A program made the position numbers and the translations under genes. 64,000 nucleotides of DNA from Chiloscyllium plagiosum. Its lineage: Eukaryota. Positions 25,725-38,630 of this stretch are shown here, in pieces (the first letter of the stretch is position 1; each line of letters starts with the position of its first letter). The stretch covers positions 25,802,377-25,866,376 of the forward strand of contig NC_057719.1 in NCBI RefSeq assembly GCF_004010195.1, read 5' to 3'. A model generated the notes under the pieces. That model was not told where the DNA came from, did not search any database, and saw nothing but the letters and a program-made list of their open reading frames with translations.

Positions 25725-28156
25725 AGAAAAAGTGAGAATTGCAGATGCTGGAGATCAGAGTCGAGAGTGTGTTGCTGGGAAAGCACAGCAGGTCAGGCAT
25801 CATCCAAGGAGCAGGGGAATCGATGTTTCGGGCATAAGGCCTTCATCAGATTGAGGGTTGTGGGCTGGGTGGGGTTGGGGGGGAAGTAGCTGTGAAAGTG
25901 ATAGGTGGAAGAAGGTAAGGGAGAAGGTGATAGGTCAGAAGGGGGGAGTGAACAACAGGACTGGAAGGCAGTGCCGAGTTGGAGGCTTGGGATTAGGATA
26001 ATGTGGGGAGAGGGGAAATGAGGAAGCTGTTGAAATCCACATTTATCCCATGTGGTAGCAGGGTCCAAAGGTGGAAAATGAGGCGTTCATCTTCAGGCAT
26101 CGGGTGGTAACAGTTTGGCAGTGGAGGAGGCCCAGGACCTGCAAGTCTTTGACGGAGAGGAAGGGGGAGTTGAAGTGTTCAGCCACAAGGCGGTGGGGTT
26201 GGTGGGTGCAGGTGTCCCAGAGAAGTTCTCTGAAATGATCCAGAAGAAGGCATCCTGTCCCCACGATGTAGAGGAGACCACACCAGGTGCAAAGGATGTA
26301 ATAGATGACATTGGTAGAGGTACAGGTAAATTTCTGACAGATATGGAAGGATCCCTTGGGGACTTGGATGGAGGCGAGGGGTGTGGTGTGGGTGCAGGTT
26401 TTGTACTTCCGGCAATGGCAGGAAAAGGTGCCAGGAGTGGGGTGTGTGCTGGTATGGGGTGTGGACCTGACAAGGGAGCCGCGGAGGGAATGTTTCTCCA
26501 GAACGCTGATGGGGATGGGGAGGGAAATATATCTCTGGTGGTGGGGTCCGTTTGGAGGTGGCAGAAATGGCGGAGGATGATGCAATGTATGCAGAGGTTG
26601 GTGGGTGGAAGCTGAGGACTGGGGTTTTTTGTCCTTGTTGCATTAGGAGGGGTGGGGTTTTAGGGCAATGGCGCATGAAGTGGAGGAGATGCGCTGGAGG
26701 GCATGGTCAACTATGTGGGAAGGGAAGTTGCAATCGTGGAAGAAGGAGGCCATCTGGGACTTTCTGAGGTGGACTTGGTCATCCTGAAAACAGATGTGAC
26801 AGTGATGGATGAATTGGGAATCGGGGATGGAATTTTTAAAGGAGGCAGAGTGGGAGGAGTCTAGGTAGCTTTGGGAGTCAGTAGGCTTGTAGTAGATGTC
26901 TGTGGTTAATCGGTTGCCAGAGAAAGTGATGGAGAGGTCCAGGAAGGTGAGGAAGGTGTCCGAGATGGTCCAGGTGAGTTTGAGGTCGGGGTGGAAGGTG
27001 TTGGTTAACTTGATGAACTGTTAAACCTCCTTGTGGGAGCATGGGGTGGAACCGATACAGTCACTGATGTAGCGGAAGAAAAGGTAGGGGCTGGTGCCAG
27101 TGTAACTACTGAAGATGGACTGTCCCATGTATCCGACAACCAGGCAGACATAGCTGGGTCGGATGCAGGTGCCCATGGCTACCCCTTTGGTTTGGCGGAA
27201 GTGGGAGGATTAGAAGGACAAGTTGTTGAGGGTGAGGGCCAGTTCAGCCAGGCAGGTGAGAGTATCAGTGGAAGGGTACTGATTGGGATGGTGTGAGAGG
27301 AAGAAATGGAAACAGAGGGCTTGCAGACCTTCATTGTGGCAGATCGATGTATATAGGGACTGGATGTCCATGGTGAAAATGAGGCATTGCAGACCGGACA
27401 AACAAAAATATTGGAGGAGATGGGTGTGGGTGGTGTCATAAACATATGTGAGGAGCTCCTGGACTAAGGGGACAGGATGGTGTCAAGGTCGGAAGAGATA
27501 AGTTCAGTGGGACAGGTGCAGGCTGAGACAATGGGACAACCGGGGCAGGCAGGTTGGTGAATCTTCGGTAGGAGATAGAATCGGGCAGTGCAGGGTTCAA
27601 GACAGTGAGGTCGGAGGCTGTGGGTGGGAGATCCCCAGAGGTGATGAGATTGTGGATGGTCTGGGAGATGATGGTTTGGTGATGGGAGGTGAGGTCGTGA
27701 TCAAGGGGGCAGTAGGAGGAGATGTCTGTGAGTTGGTTCCTGGCTTCAGTGGTATAGAGGTTGGAGTGCCACACATCTACTGCACCCTCCTTGTCTGTGA
27801 GTTTGATGGTGAGGTTGGGGTTGGAGCAGAGGGAGTGGAGGGCTGCGCGTTGTGAAGGTGGGAGTTGGAGTGGGTAAGGGAGTGGACAGGTTGAGGCGGT
27901 TAATGTCTCAGCAATAGTTTGAAATCAAGAGGTCAAGGGTGGGTAACAGACCAGCACGGGGTGTCCAGGTGGATGGGGTGTGTTGCAGGTGGGAGAAGGG
28001 GTCTAGGTGGGAGGGTGGGTGTCTTGAGTGAAAAAGTGGGCTCGGAGGCAGAGACAATGGAAGAAACATTCAAGGTGGCAGCGTGTGTCGAACTCATTAA
28101 TCTGGGAGCGTAGAGGAATGAAGGTGAGGCCTTTGCTGAGGACAAAACATTCGTTT
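25725..28156 (-). mobile_element. Long degenerate Penelope-like element (RT, GIY-YIG, terminal repeat) nested in an old CR1
   Basis: FTCTSTNVIYYILCTWCGLLYIVGTG; FTMDIQSLYTSI; VLSKGLTFIPL; TSD agatgtc(a/g)tgagt (25712-25724 / 28157-28169). Confidence 0.88.
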
Positions 28157-28704
28157 AGATGTCGTGAGTGTTGAGGCCTCAATTTTTTTTTACAATTTAT
28201 ACAATGATTAGATGCAGCGACAAAGGGTATGATTGCCAAATTTGCTGATAATGCAAAATAGGTAGGAGAGCAAGTTGTAGCAAAGTGCTGAAAAAAAATG
28301 CAACTCCATTTTGGCAGGAAGAATAGAAAAAAAAACACTTTGACTAAAAGCAGGAGATTGCAGAACTCTGAGATGCAGTGGGAACTGAATCACAAAGGAT
28401 TGTTAAACAAGTACAGCTATATTTAGGAAAGCTGTTAGGATGTTATCCTTAGTGATACCCGCTTAGAGGAGTCTGGAAGTCATACTTCAGTAATACAGAG
28501 CTTTGGTGAGACCACTGCGTACAGTATTGGTCACCTTATATAAGAATGGAAGTTAATGAGTTAGAAGCAGTCCTAAGAAAATTTACAAAATAAATATTTG
28601 GAATGAGGGGATTGTTCTATGAGGAAAGGTTAGACAGGTTGGGTTTGTGCTATCTAGAATTTCCAAGGGTAGGAATTGACTTGACTGAAGTATATAACAA
28701 AGAG

Positions 28705-29520
28705 TTGGAGTAAATAGTCATTTTCTGAATAGCAGGCAGTGACGAGTGGGGTACTGCAGATCTCAGGACTAAGAGTCAGCAAATCATGATATAAATTAAT
28801 GATTTTGATGACAGTACTGAAGCTAATATCTCAATTCATAGATGAGGCAAAACTAGGTGGCAGGGTGAGCTGTGAGGAGGATGCAGAGAAGTTGCAATGT
28901 GACTTGGGCAGGCTGTGTGAGTGGACAATTGCAAGGTTATCCACTTCAAGTGGTAAAAATAGGATGGTAGATTGTTATTTGAATGGCTTTAAATTGAGAG
29001 AGGGGAATATTTGTACACAAGTCGCTGATGAAGGGCTTATGCCAGAAACATTGACTCTCCTGGTCAATAATGGAATGGTGTAGGTTAGATGAGCATCAGA
29101 TTATTTTCACAGGTCGGCACAACATTGAGGGCCGAAAGGCCTGTACTGCGCTGTAACGTTCTATGTTCTATACAGGTTAGATACAGAAAGGATGTTCCCA
29201 ATGGTGGGAGAGTCCAGAACCAGGGGTGATAGTTTAAAGGTTAAGGGTAAACCTTTTAGGACTGAGATGAGGAGAAATTTCTTCAGCCAGAGAGTAGTGA
29301 GCCTGTGGAATTTGTTATCACAGAATGTGGTTGAGACCAAAAAACATTGTATTTTCAAGAAGGGCATAGATATAGCTCTTATGGCTAAAGGGATCAAGGG
29401 ATTTTGGGGGAGGGTGGGATTAGTGTATTAGGCTTGATGATCAGCCATGACCATATTGAATGGTAGAGCAGACTTGAGGGATCAAACAGCCTATTTTTTC
29501 CTGTTCCTATTGTCTATATT
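28705..29520 (+). mobile_element. Mosaic of CR1 fragments with a small hammerhead-core piece at 29024-29053
   Basis: QFIDEAKLGG; FRTEMRRNFFSQRVV. Confidence 0.75.
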
Positions 29521-30152
29521 TCGACAAGATCCTCAGGGGCCTTGTCAGTGTGGATGTGAAGCAAATGTTTTGTCTTGTAGGAAAATCTAGAACTAGGAGT
29601 CACCATTTGAAAATAATAAGTTGTCCAGTTCAAGACAGAGATCGGGATTTTCTTCTTTCTAAGTCTCTTCCTCAAGATGTGGTGGAAGAAATCTTTCAAT
29701 CTTCTTAACTCCAAGATAGGTAGATTCTTGATAACCAAGGCCGGAAGGGTGCCAGGGTCAGCCAAAATGTGGAGTTATGAGGTCACATAAGATCTTACTG
29801 AAAGGTAAAATAGGTGTGAAGGGCCTTCTTTATTCTGAATTCATATATTTATATAATAGAGATACTCAAATTAAGAGCTTCAAATACTGAAGTCCAGCTT
29901 TGTATATGCATAATGTAACAATTTTGCGAAATGTTGATAATTAGTGAGTTGATACATAATACAATTTAAAACAGTTCTGTTGATAAATAAGTTATAAATG
30001 ATCTCTAAACATCATCCAAAGTTTCAACTTTTGCACAATTTTAACCATTTGAAAGCCCCAAGTGTCAAAATATAGTTAAATGGAAATGACTAATATTACT
30101 TGTGTTGAATATGAAATACACCCATAGATTACTATTTACATGTTATTAAGTA

Positions 30153-30928
30153 GGCCAATGGGCTGAGAAGTGGCAAATGGAGTTTAATTTAGATAAATGC
30201 GAGGTACTACATTTTGGGAAAGCAAATCTTAGCAGGACTTATACACTTAACGGTAAGAACCTAGGGAGTGTTGCTGAACAAAGAGACCTTGGAGTGCAGG
30301 TTCATTGTTCCTTGAAAGTGGAGTCGCAGGTAGATAGGATAGTGAAGAAGGCGTTTGGTATGCTTTCCTTTATTGGTCAGAGTATTGAGTACAGGGGTTC
30401 GGAGGTCATGATGCGGCTGTAAAGGACATTGGTTAGGCCACTTTTGAAATATTGCGTGCAATTCTGGTCTCCTTCCTATCGGAAAGATGTTGTGAAACCT
30501 GAAAGTGTTCAGAAAAGATTTACAAGGATGTTGCCAGGGTTGGAGGATTTGAACAATACGGAGAGGCTGAACAGGCTGGGGCTGTATTCCCTGGAGCGTC
30601 GTGAGCGGTGATCTTACAGAGGTTTATAAAATTTTGAGGGACCTGGGGTGGGGGAGTCCAGAACTAGAGGGTATAGGTTTAGGGTGAGAGGGAAAAGATA
30701 TAAAAGAGACCTAAGGGGTAATGTTTTCACAGAGAGGAAGTGGTGGAGGTTGGTACAATTGCAACACTGAAAAGGCATCTGAATGGGTATATGAATAGGA
30801 AGAGTTAGGGGGAATTTGGGGTGGATGTTGGGAGGTGGGACTAGATTGGGTCGGGATATCTGGTTAGCATGAATGAGTTGGACCAAAGGGTCTGTTTCCA
30901 TGCTGTACATCTCTATGACTATGACTCT
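30153..30928 (+). mobile_element. CR1 LINE 3' fragment
   Basis: MEFNLDKCEVLHFG...RPLLKYCVQFWSP; ctatgact tail. Confidence 0.9.
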
Positions 30929-31219
30929 AAGTGACGCTGAAGAAACAGCTTGCTACCAGCATGACTCTCAAAGAGGGGGCTTTGCCTTTATATTCAGGCT
31001 GATAGGAGGAATACAAAAGCAGCCTGGTCTGACTGCCCACTCCACCCTCCCCCTCATCAGAGGAAGTATATCCATATCACCATTTAATGCAAGGAAAAAT
31101 AAATATTACATTTACCATATAAATAGTCCTGAAGTGATTAATGATGGGTGAAAGAAATGCAGGAGTCCTACGTAAACTACTAATTAATACGCAGTCTAAT
31201 ATTCAGCAGTATTCACCAC

Positions 31220-31585
31220 AGAGTCGAAAAGCACAGAAAAAGTCCTTCAGCCCATCAAATCTGCACTGATATAACCATTAAAAGTGCACTAACCCTGATC
31301 TCCCGCACTTGTCTTGTATCCTTGAATGTTATGATATTTCAAATGCTCAGTGAAATTTATTTTAAAGATTGTAAGGTACCTTCCCAAACTGTGCATCTGA
31401 GATTCCCACCACCTACTGAGTGAAAATGAATTTTTTTGTTAAATCCCCTCCAACTCTGCTACCTCTTACCCTAAAACTATGTTCTTGTGATTGACCCCTT
31501 AACCAAGTGAACAGCTTCCCCCCACTTACCCGATGCATATCCCCAATCTTATACACCTCAGTCATGCCCCCCTCAGCCTTCTTTG
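31220..31585 (-). mobile_element. Old CR1 3' fragment
   Basis: GGMTEVYKI...FRVRG. Confidence 0.6.
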
Positions 31586-33169
31586 CTGTCACCAGTACAA
31601 GATTGAATTGCATCGTTAAAATTGCAGAATAAAAGAAGTTATGATTTCACGATTTAGTGCGCTGATTCAGGTTGCATTGAGTACTGTGACTACTTTTGAC
31701 AGCTGATAAGTTAGGAGATATTAATGTGCTAGCTGTATTCATAAGTTCAGTCTTCTGAGACATATATTACAACTTTTTATTAGGGAGAAAATGAGCAGCA
31801 AGCAGACCACCTTAGCAGTCAGAATGGCTGCATCCAAACTGAGCAGATGCTTGTCCGAGTGGTAAATTCATCAAGCCTCTTCTTTAAGTGTCATAGCTGG
31901 CTGGACACCATGTTGTAGCCAGCCCATATTTCGTATATGTAAATCAGAGCCGAGCAACTGTTGACAGACTCAGCAAGAATGTAACTGCCTACTAGTGAGT
32001 GAAATGATGGTCTGGCTTATGCTGATTTATTTAACTGCTTTAAAAGAAATGCACATTCAATAGAAATGAACAAGAACATTCTTCTGAAGCTGGAACCTGC
32101 AGGAATGTTTTTTCACCTCCATTGGGTCATAGACAGTCCCGTAATACCAGCCACTCTGGAACATACCCGATAAGCTCATGTAGTGGCCTGACCTGATGCC
32201 TTTGCTGGGCAAGAGCTGCATGTGAAGTTATAATCAGCAGCAGAGGCTCTTGTCCAGTTGCTGATGATTCCAAAGCTCCAAGTTCCATTACTCCTCTGGC
32301 TTCTCAGTTTGGGCATGCAGTGATCATATAAGGTGGTATCCTCTGCTGTCACCATTGGCAAGATTGGAGGTGGGAAGGGCATTTAGTTAGCTGGGATGGT
32401 GCGTACCTGACTCCATCGGAATTAAGGTCTCAGTGCAAAAGGCTATCATTGATATCTCTGCCTAGCCGCCACTTGAGGTCTTTAGTGGCCAGTTTATGAC
32501 CTTTGAAGGACAACATTCCAAAACCACTGGGCTTGTTACCATGCGGCATGCACAGCTGCTACTAATATGATAGGGCGAAGGGGGAGCAAGGCACTCAGTG
32601 CCTGATTGAGGATCTCGCTACCACAAAAGGGCTGGGGCACTGACAGCCATAGCTCTGCCCTTATTACAGACCCTCATTAGACCCTCTCCCCTCCATCACC
32701 ATGCTGCAATCTAGCCCCTCCCTCACATTAATTCCCCTGTGAGCCTGGATCACTCTGTCATCCTGGGATTCCAGCTTTTCCTGCATTCCCACAGTCTCCC
32801 TCTAATTGACTGGCAGGTGACAAGGGCAAGACTTCAGCCTTGGGGTCCTTGACATCCAGGGTAAAGCATGCTGCTAACCTTGTCACTGTCTGATTGGCTT
32901 ATGACACAGTGAACCATCATGTAAAGAAGGAAGCAGGGGTCCTCAGTCAGCAGGCAAGACCCCAATGCCCGAAGAATCCACCCACTGTGCCAAAGTAGGC
33001 CAGGAACAAAGCCTAGCCCATTCACTGGACAAACCATCTTGTTGATATTGACACAATTGCTCAGCTTATTGGAAGAATTAAATTTGGAGAATTATTTTAA
33101 GTTAAACTTCAAGAGTAGGACAAAGATGCACAGCATCAAATAACCAAAAGGCAAAATCAAAACTCAGAA

Positions 33170-33650
33170 AAATTGTATTTGATACAGAGAATAACCAACA
33201 CAGTACCATGCAAGGACTGCACAAAACCCTACAAAGGACAAACAGGAAGACAGCTAACGATCCATATCCATGAACACCAACTAGCCACGAAATGACATGA
33301 ACAGATATCCTTAGTAGCCACACACGCAGATGACAAGCAACATGAGTTCGACTGGGACAACACTACTATTATAGGACAAGCCAAACAGAACAGCCAGGGA
33401 GTTCCTAAAGGCATGGCACTCATCCACAGATTCTATCAACAAACACATCGACCTAGACCCAATATACCAGCCACTGCAGCAGACAGCTGGAACTGACAAC
33501 CGGAAGCGGCAGAGACAAACCACTATAAACGTCGGAGGAACCATCACAGAAGTGCTTCAAATGAGGCTCCCAAGCACTAAAGATGTCACCTAGACAGGGG
33601 ACGAAATGTCTGCAATACAAATTCCCAGCTCGATGAACAGAACCACAACA
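33170..33650 (+). mobile_element. 3' fragment of a second Penelope-like family with a degenerate hammerhead core
   Basis: Frameshifted PCKDCTK..GQTGRQLTI.IHEH, HEFDWDNTTII, SINKHIDLDPIY; CTAAAGATGTCACCTAGACAGGGGACGAAATGTC at 33577-33610. Confidence 0.8.
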
Positions 33651-34047
33651 TCTTTTCCTGCTGCTATCTTTATATGTTTGGAACACAATAAATGGCTCCC
33701 AGCTGGAGGGATGTCAACAACAGGATTGAATCAGATGGAGTAACCGAAAGAATGTACTGTTATCCTGTATGGAAGATTTAAGAAAAGTCCCACGTTCAAC
33801 TACCTTGTAACATCAATTAAGTATCTACTCGGCCTTACTTGTGGAGTTAGTTTACATCTCATTGCACTGGCACATCCTCTAGTAACTCTGCACCTTCAGA
33901 GAAACTCGACCACTGGAAAAATTTGCCATCAATTTTCACAAGATGTTCATTGTTTATCGTAAAATTGTAAGGAAACCATAGGAATCCAGGAAAAATTACA
34001 GAAATACTGCCCAATCCAATGATTTAGATTGGCAGACAATCCATGAA

Positions 34048-34148
34048 TAGAGTCAAAAAGTATGGCGCTGGAAAAGCACAGCCGGTCAGATATCATCCGA
34101 GGAGCAGGAAAATCGACATTTCGAGCATAAGCCCATCATCAGAAATGT
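34048..34148 (-). mobile_element. Family A half element with hammerhead-like core
   Basis: ggcgctggaaaagcacag...tttcgagcataagcccatcatcag. Confidence 0.7.
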
Positions 34149-34812
34149 GAGTCATGGTGAAAAATGCCTGGCACACTTTGGCAGAAATTCCAGGCTTATG
34201 TCTTAAGGTAAGTGCAAGTAGCTGAACTATGGTGTTGTCCTGGAGCTGTGCACTCTTAATGCCACACATTGACCAACAGGGGGCACAAGATATTTACTCC
34301 CAGGTCACAAGTCGCCATAGTTTTAACAGACCATAAGGCTGTTCTCACATTAGAGAGAAAAAGACAACTGATAGTGATTTAACCTGAGGGCCAATACACC
34401 TCTGACAAGGCGAGAGATTGAGAAGGAGAGGCTTTCATGATAATCTCAGACAGTGATTGGAATTGAACCCACGCTGTTGGCATCACGTTGCTTTGTGAAA
34501 ACAAACCATCCAGCCAAGCTAAACCAACCCCATCCCCCAACACTGTGAAATATTGGTTATCATGCAACAAGGGCACTTCAGTCAGTCATATTTCCAATTC
34601 ATTATCAGAGATACTTGTGACTTCAAAACTTACTAATTATGCACTAAATATACTGTGAATGCAGTAAATTAGAAGCAAAAACAGAAATTTTGCTGGAAAA
34701 GCTCAGCAGGTCTGTGAAGAGAAATCAGAGTTAACATTTCAAGTCTGGTGACCACTCCTCAGAACTAATTATGTACTAATGCAATATATTTCAAAGTACA
34801 AAGTATGTTTAC

Positions 34813-34965
34813 CTGGTAGAGAAAATGGAGATGTAAATTCAGGGTCCTTTTCACTCTCAGGGCTGCCTTCTTTTGTAGTTTTATCCAGAGGGACATTTCC
34901 ATTTTCGATGTTTTCACATTTCTCAGCTACGCAGACTTCCTTGTCCACACCATTGGCAGATTGAA
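34813..34965 (-). CDS. SLC24A4: NCKX4 coding exon, V-QSANGVDKEVCVAEKCENIENGNVPLDKTTKEGSPESEKDPEFTSPFSLP (acceptor uncertain)
   Basis: SANGV, ENIENGNVP and SPFS motifs; donor CCA G|gtaaac at 34812; nearest usable acceptor is tacttag|TT (phase 1) at 34966. Confidence 0.8.
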
Positions 34966-35628
34966 CTAAGTATTGCATGTAAGTAGATTGAAAGTAAATC
35001 TCTGAAAGTTCAAAGCCCACCATAAAATGCTTAACTTTACAGAGGTCTTATTTCAGGATTTTATTTAAATGTAGTTTGACATTTAAAGAAAGTTTTAGGC
35101 AAGGCAAATGTATACTTAAAAGATACCCATTCACTCATCATACTTAACCTTGACAAATTTCCTTGTAATAAAAATTCTTTCAATCAAAATTCTTGGGTGA
35201 AAAATATATGCTATAATGAGGTACATCAGGAATTCCTCAAATTCAATCCCCAGTCTATACTGTAAGGAGTAACAGTGTAGATGCTGCAATTAGTTTCAAT
35301 ATCCATATGCTATATCGGAGAAACTATCTGTCAGATACCAGGATACAAGTTTGCTTACAAAAAATTCCATTCAGTCGTGCATTAAATAAAGGACTGGACT
35401 TAATTCATATTCACAATCAGTCAGTTCCCCAAATGATGACAACCATTTTGTGAGGACTTGAGAATCTCTCATGTTACTTGTGCTTACACTCAGGCATATA
35501 CCACAGCTGTCCTGACAGGATCAAGGGAAAGGATGAAATTAAAAAGAAAACATCCACTGCAATACGTGTACATTTCCATGCTAAATTCTTTTTGTTGGGA
35601 ACACTGAAGCAGTGGAGCCATGGTTTTC

Positions 35629-35750
35629 TCCAAAGGCTTCTGTATTAATAATGCTTGATGCTAGCCAAAAGGGAAAACTTGTGAGGTGAATCATGTCTCT
35701 TTCCCCGCTCAGAGGGAACACTTGTTACTTGTCCGAAAACCACTGGAAGC
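35629..35750 (-). pseudogene. Probable decayed remnant of the SLC24A4 loop exon (SPPKFTFPEAGLRIMITNKFG-like)
   Basis: Reads PVV...SPHKFSLLASIK, then after a frameshift IINTEAFG; TAA at 35645-35647; expected position and strand. Confidence 0.5.
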
Positions 35751-37373
35751 TGAGTTTGAAAAGCAGCAGAACTTTGGACAGGGTACTCACCCTGATGTAG
35801 GGGTGTGAACTGAGGGCAGGTGCATAATTTCATGCCATCTGGTGACTTGCCAGTTTGCTGGCACTGTATCTGTCCATGAGCCATGTAGTTTCTTTTGTGC
35901 TGGGTGGTGTCCTATTGGCAGTCCAGCTTCAAGATTTGAATAGCAAGTGCACTGTCTGACCATTAATTGGCCAACTCCACCAAAATCCTGTGTTTGGCGA
36001 GAGCTCCTGGCACTGGAAAACCCACATGCAACTCTGACAACAGGACCCTGACCCAAAATCTTGCCCCAATTGTTTAATCCCTGACTCTTTGAACAAGTTG
36101 GAAATACTCTATTGCCAGAGTTCCAATACAGATTGTGGCACAAGGAGATTTCCTCTTAGCTTAAAAGCACAACATGGTTTGGATTTTTTCATCAATGTTC
36201 TCTGTTGCCTTTAGTAATTCCCTTGCCCGCAATGTAATTTTACAACGTTGCCCAGGGGTATTTCCAAGTGCCGAATGATTTAAGTTAAACTGAATCTTTA
36301 TCTTGATTGCTAATTGTTAACTATTTTCCTACTTTTCTATATAATTTAGTTATTTGCTTCTCAGAGAGAATTGGTAATGCTTAGCATTTCCATGTGTTAC
36401 TGTTTTATTCCTGTACAGCTCATTAATATATTCCAAACAATGCATAGATCTGTTACCAAAACTCCCAAAATTCTACAAAAACCCTAATGGCATCTGACAG
36501 CTCTGAAGTACTGCTCTAAGTTCACAGATAACAATGTAAAAACTCTCAGGAGAGACTGTGCATAAAATACAGGAATAACTTAAGTCTTTTATATATTGCT
36601 ACTGTCGTTAGACAAGCTATGTTATCAGGCTGAGCCCGTTTTAATGAATGAAGAGCGATTAATGTTAATCGGTATTTACTGCAGCCATTATTAATAACTA
36701 AGGAATGCAGGCATTAAACATTCAAGAGAAGGCAGGCATATTAAAAAGGTTGTTACAAAAGATTTTGTGAAATAGGAACCACAGTAAGACTAAACAGACA
36801 GAACTCTGGCAAGTGAGTGAAGTAGGTGGAGAATGGTTTGAAGATATTAATGGCATTCAGCAAGTAATTAAATGAACCCTCAGGTGGCAATGAACACTGC
36901 TTAACTATGGAAGAATGATTTAAAATTATTTAAAATTAAAGCAGTGCACTGTATTGTGTACACCTTTTTGTATAATTAGCATAAACACTTTTAAAGGGGA
37001 CAACACCTTTATTTGTAACAAATGGAAGTTCAGTTGCGAGTGGAGGGAATAAGGAAGGCTGATGATTTCAGTCAGATTTGTCTGATTTAATTCTGCTGTG
37101 AAATGATCAGACAATATCTAGTATTATTTAAAACAAGACCGTTTGAGCAATGTTTTATGTTCAGAGGCAAGGATGGGATTGGAGTCTGAAGATATCTTCT
37201 ACTCAAGGGACAGGTTGAACCAATAGCAAAGAGGCTTCTCACTATTTATTTATATTAACTTTGCACCATGATGTGATGAGATTGTTGAATCAGTTAGCCA
37301 TATCTTTAATAACCCTTACAAGGCTATCTTCGAAAACAGACTCCACGTGATAGTACAACTTTTGGACAGGATT

Positions 37374-37689
37374 TGATTAGATTACTTACAGTGTGGAAAC
37401 AGGCCCTTCAGCCCAACAAGTCCACACCGACCCGCTGAAGCGCACCCACCCAGACCCATTCCCCTACATTTACCCCTGCACCTAACACTACAGGCAATTT
37501 AGCATGGCCAATTCACCTAACCTGCACATTTTTGGACTGTGGGAGGAAACCAGAGCACCCGGAGGAAACCCACGCAGACACGGGGAGAATGTGCAAACTC
37601 CACACAGTCGGTTGCCTGAGGCGGGAATTGAACCCGGGTCTCTGGCGCTGTGAGGCAGCAGTGCTAACCACTGTGCCACCATGCCGCCC
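37374..37689 (-). mobile_element. HE1-like SINE
   Basis: Full-length reverse copy. Confidence 0.9.
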
Positions 37690-38484
37690 AATTTGTTTCT
37701 TGATAAATTTGCACACAGAATGGTTTTTGCTTTTGTTATAAAGTGAGCACGGAATAGAATTAGGAATTTAGTTAACTTTTCTTTGGGAATAACTCTCTTG
37801 GGGTTGGGGGGGGGTGGGCAGTGGTTGGATGTGGATCAGGGAAGAAACAACATCACCTGGAGAATATTGTACAGCAGCTCCTGAGTATTAGGAAGCACAG
37901 GATGGACAAGACATACAGATTTATCTTAATTCAAGCTGGGTTACCACATTGTATGCGAACAGGTCATGCTGTCAGTAGAAGAAGGAAAAGGACACTGATG
38001 AAAGATGTAACCAACGCCTTCTACCAACAGGCAGGCAACAGAGGAGATCTTCAGAATTAAAAAGTAGCATCATTACAGCTTTCAGCTTCTCAACAGAGTC
38101 TCCCATAGGAAGGCTACTGCTCCCAGCTGCATTACAAAAAAGAATGTTAAACATGAAACATTTGATTAAAACTGTACATTGGCATTACCACAAAACATTT
38201 TATAAATAATTGATTATTTTTTTTTTCCATTGTAATGAGTTTCTAATCTTAAAAATCAACTGTATAAAATAAATTTTGCCTTATCAATAAAATATTTTAC
38301 AATGAAAATGAATACCATTTGATAAAAATGCATGATAATTGTTGGTGAAGCCATAGAATAAGTAGGCATCTGTTTGTATGTGCATTATCGGGTGGATTTC
38401 ATCTAAATGGCCAGATTGAAACATTTTATATTAAGGGAAGATTTGAACATTTGTACTGGCCAATCTCTGTCTGGTTAGCCTTAC

Positions 38485-38630
38485 CTTGAGTTAACAATGG
38501 GAGTAATGGGTCATCACAAACTTTAGGATAGGCAACATTACCATCCTCCAGTTCATTGCCGATCACATTGCCATTTGAAGCATTCTTTGTTAACTTGCTC
38601 ACAAAACAATCCTGTATCTTGCTGTTGAAC
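38485..38630 (-). CDS. SLC24A4: NCKX4 coding exon (146 bp), K-FNSKIQDCFVSKLTKNASNGNVIGNELEDGNVAYPKVCDDPLLPLLTQ, start of cytoplasmic loop
   Basis: tttcag|G TTC AAC...ACT CAA G|gtaagg; open frame; resembles NCKX4 KYNVKMQ...ANGN...ELEAGN...DDP..PLLGQ; absent from the ORF track. Confidence 0.88.

Noticed and set aside
34975..34990. U12-type AT-AC acceptor at ttac|ATG
   Set aside because: No TCCTTAAC branch site at a suitable distance and no ATATCCTT donor found at an upstream exon end
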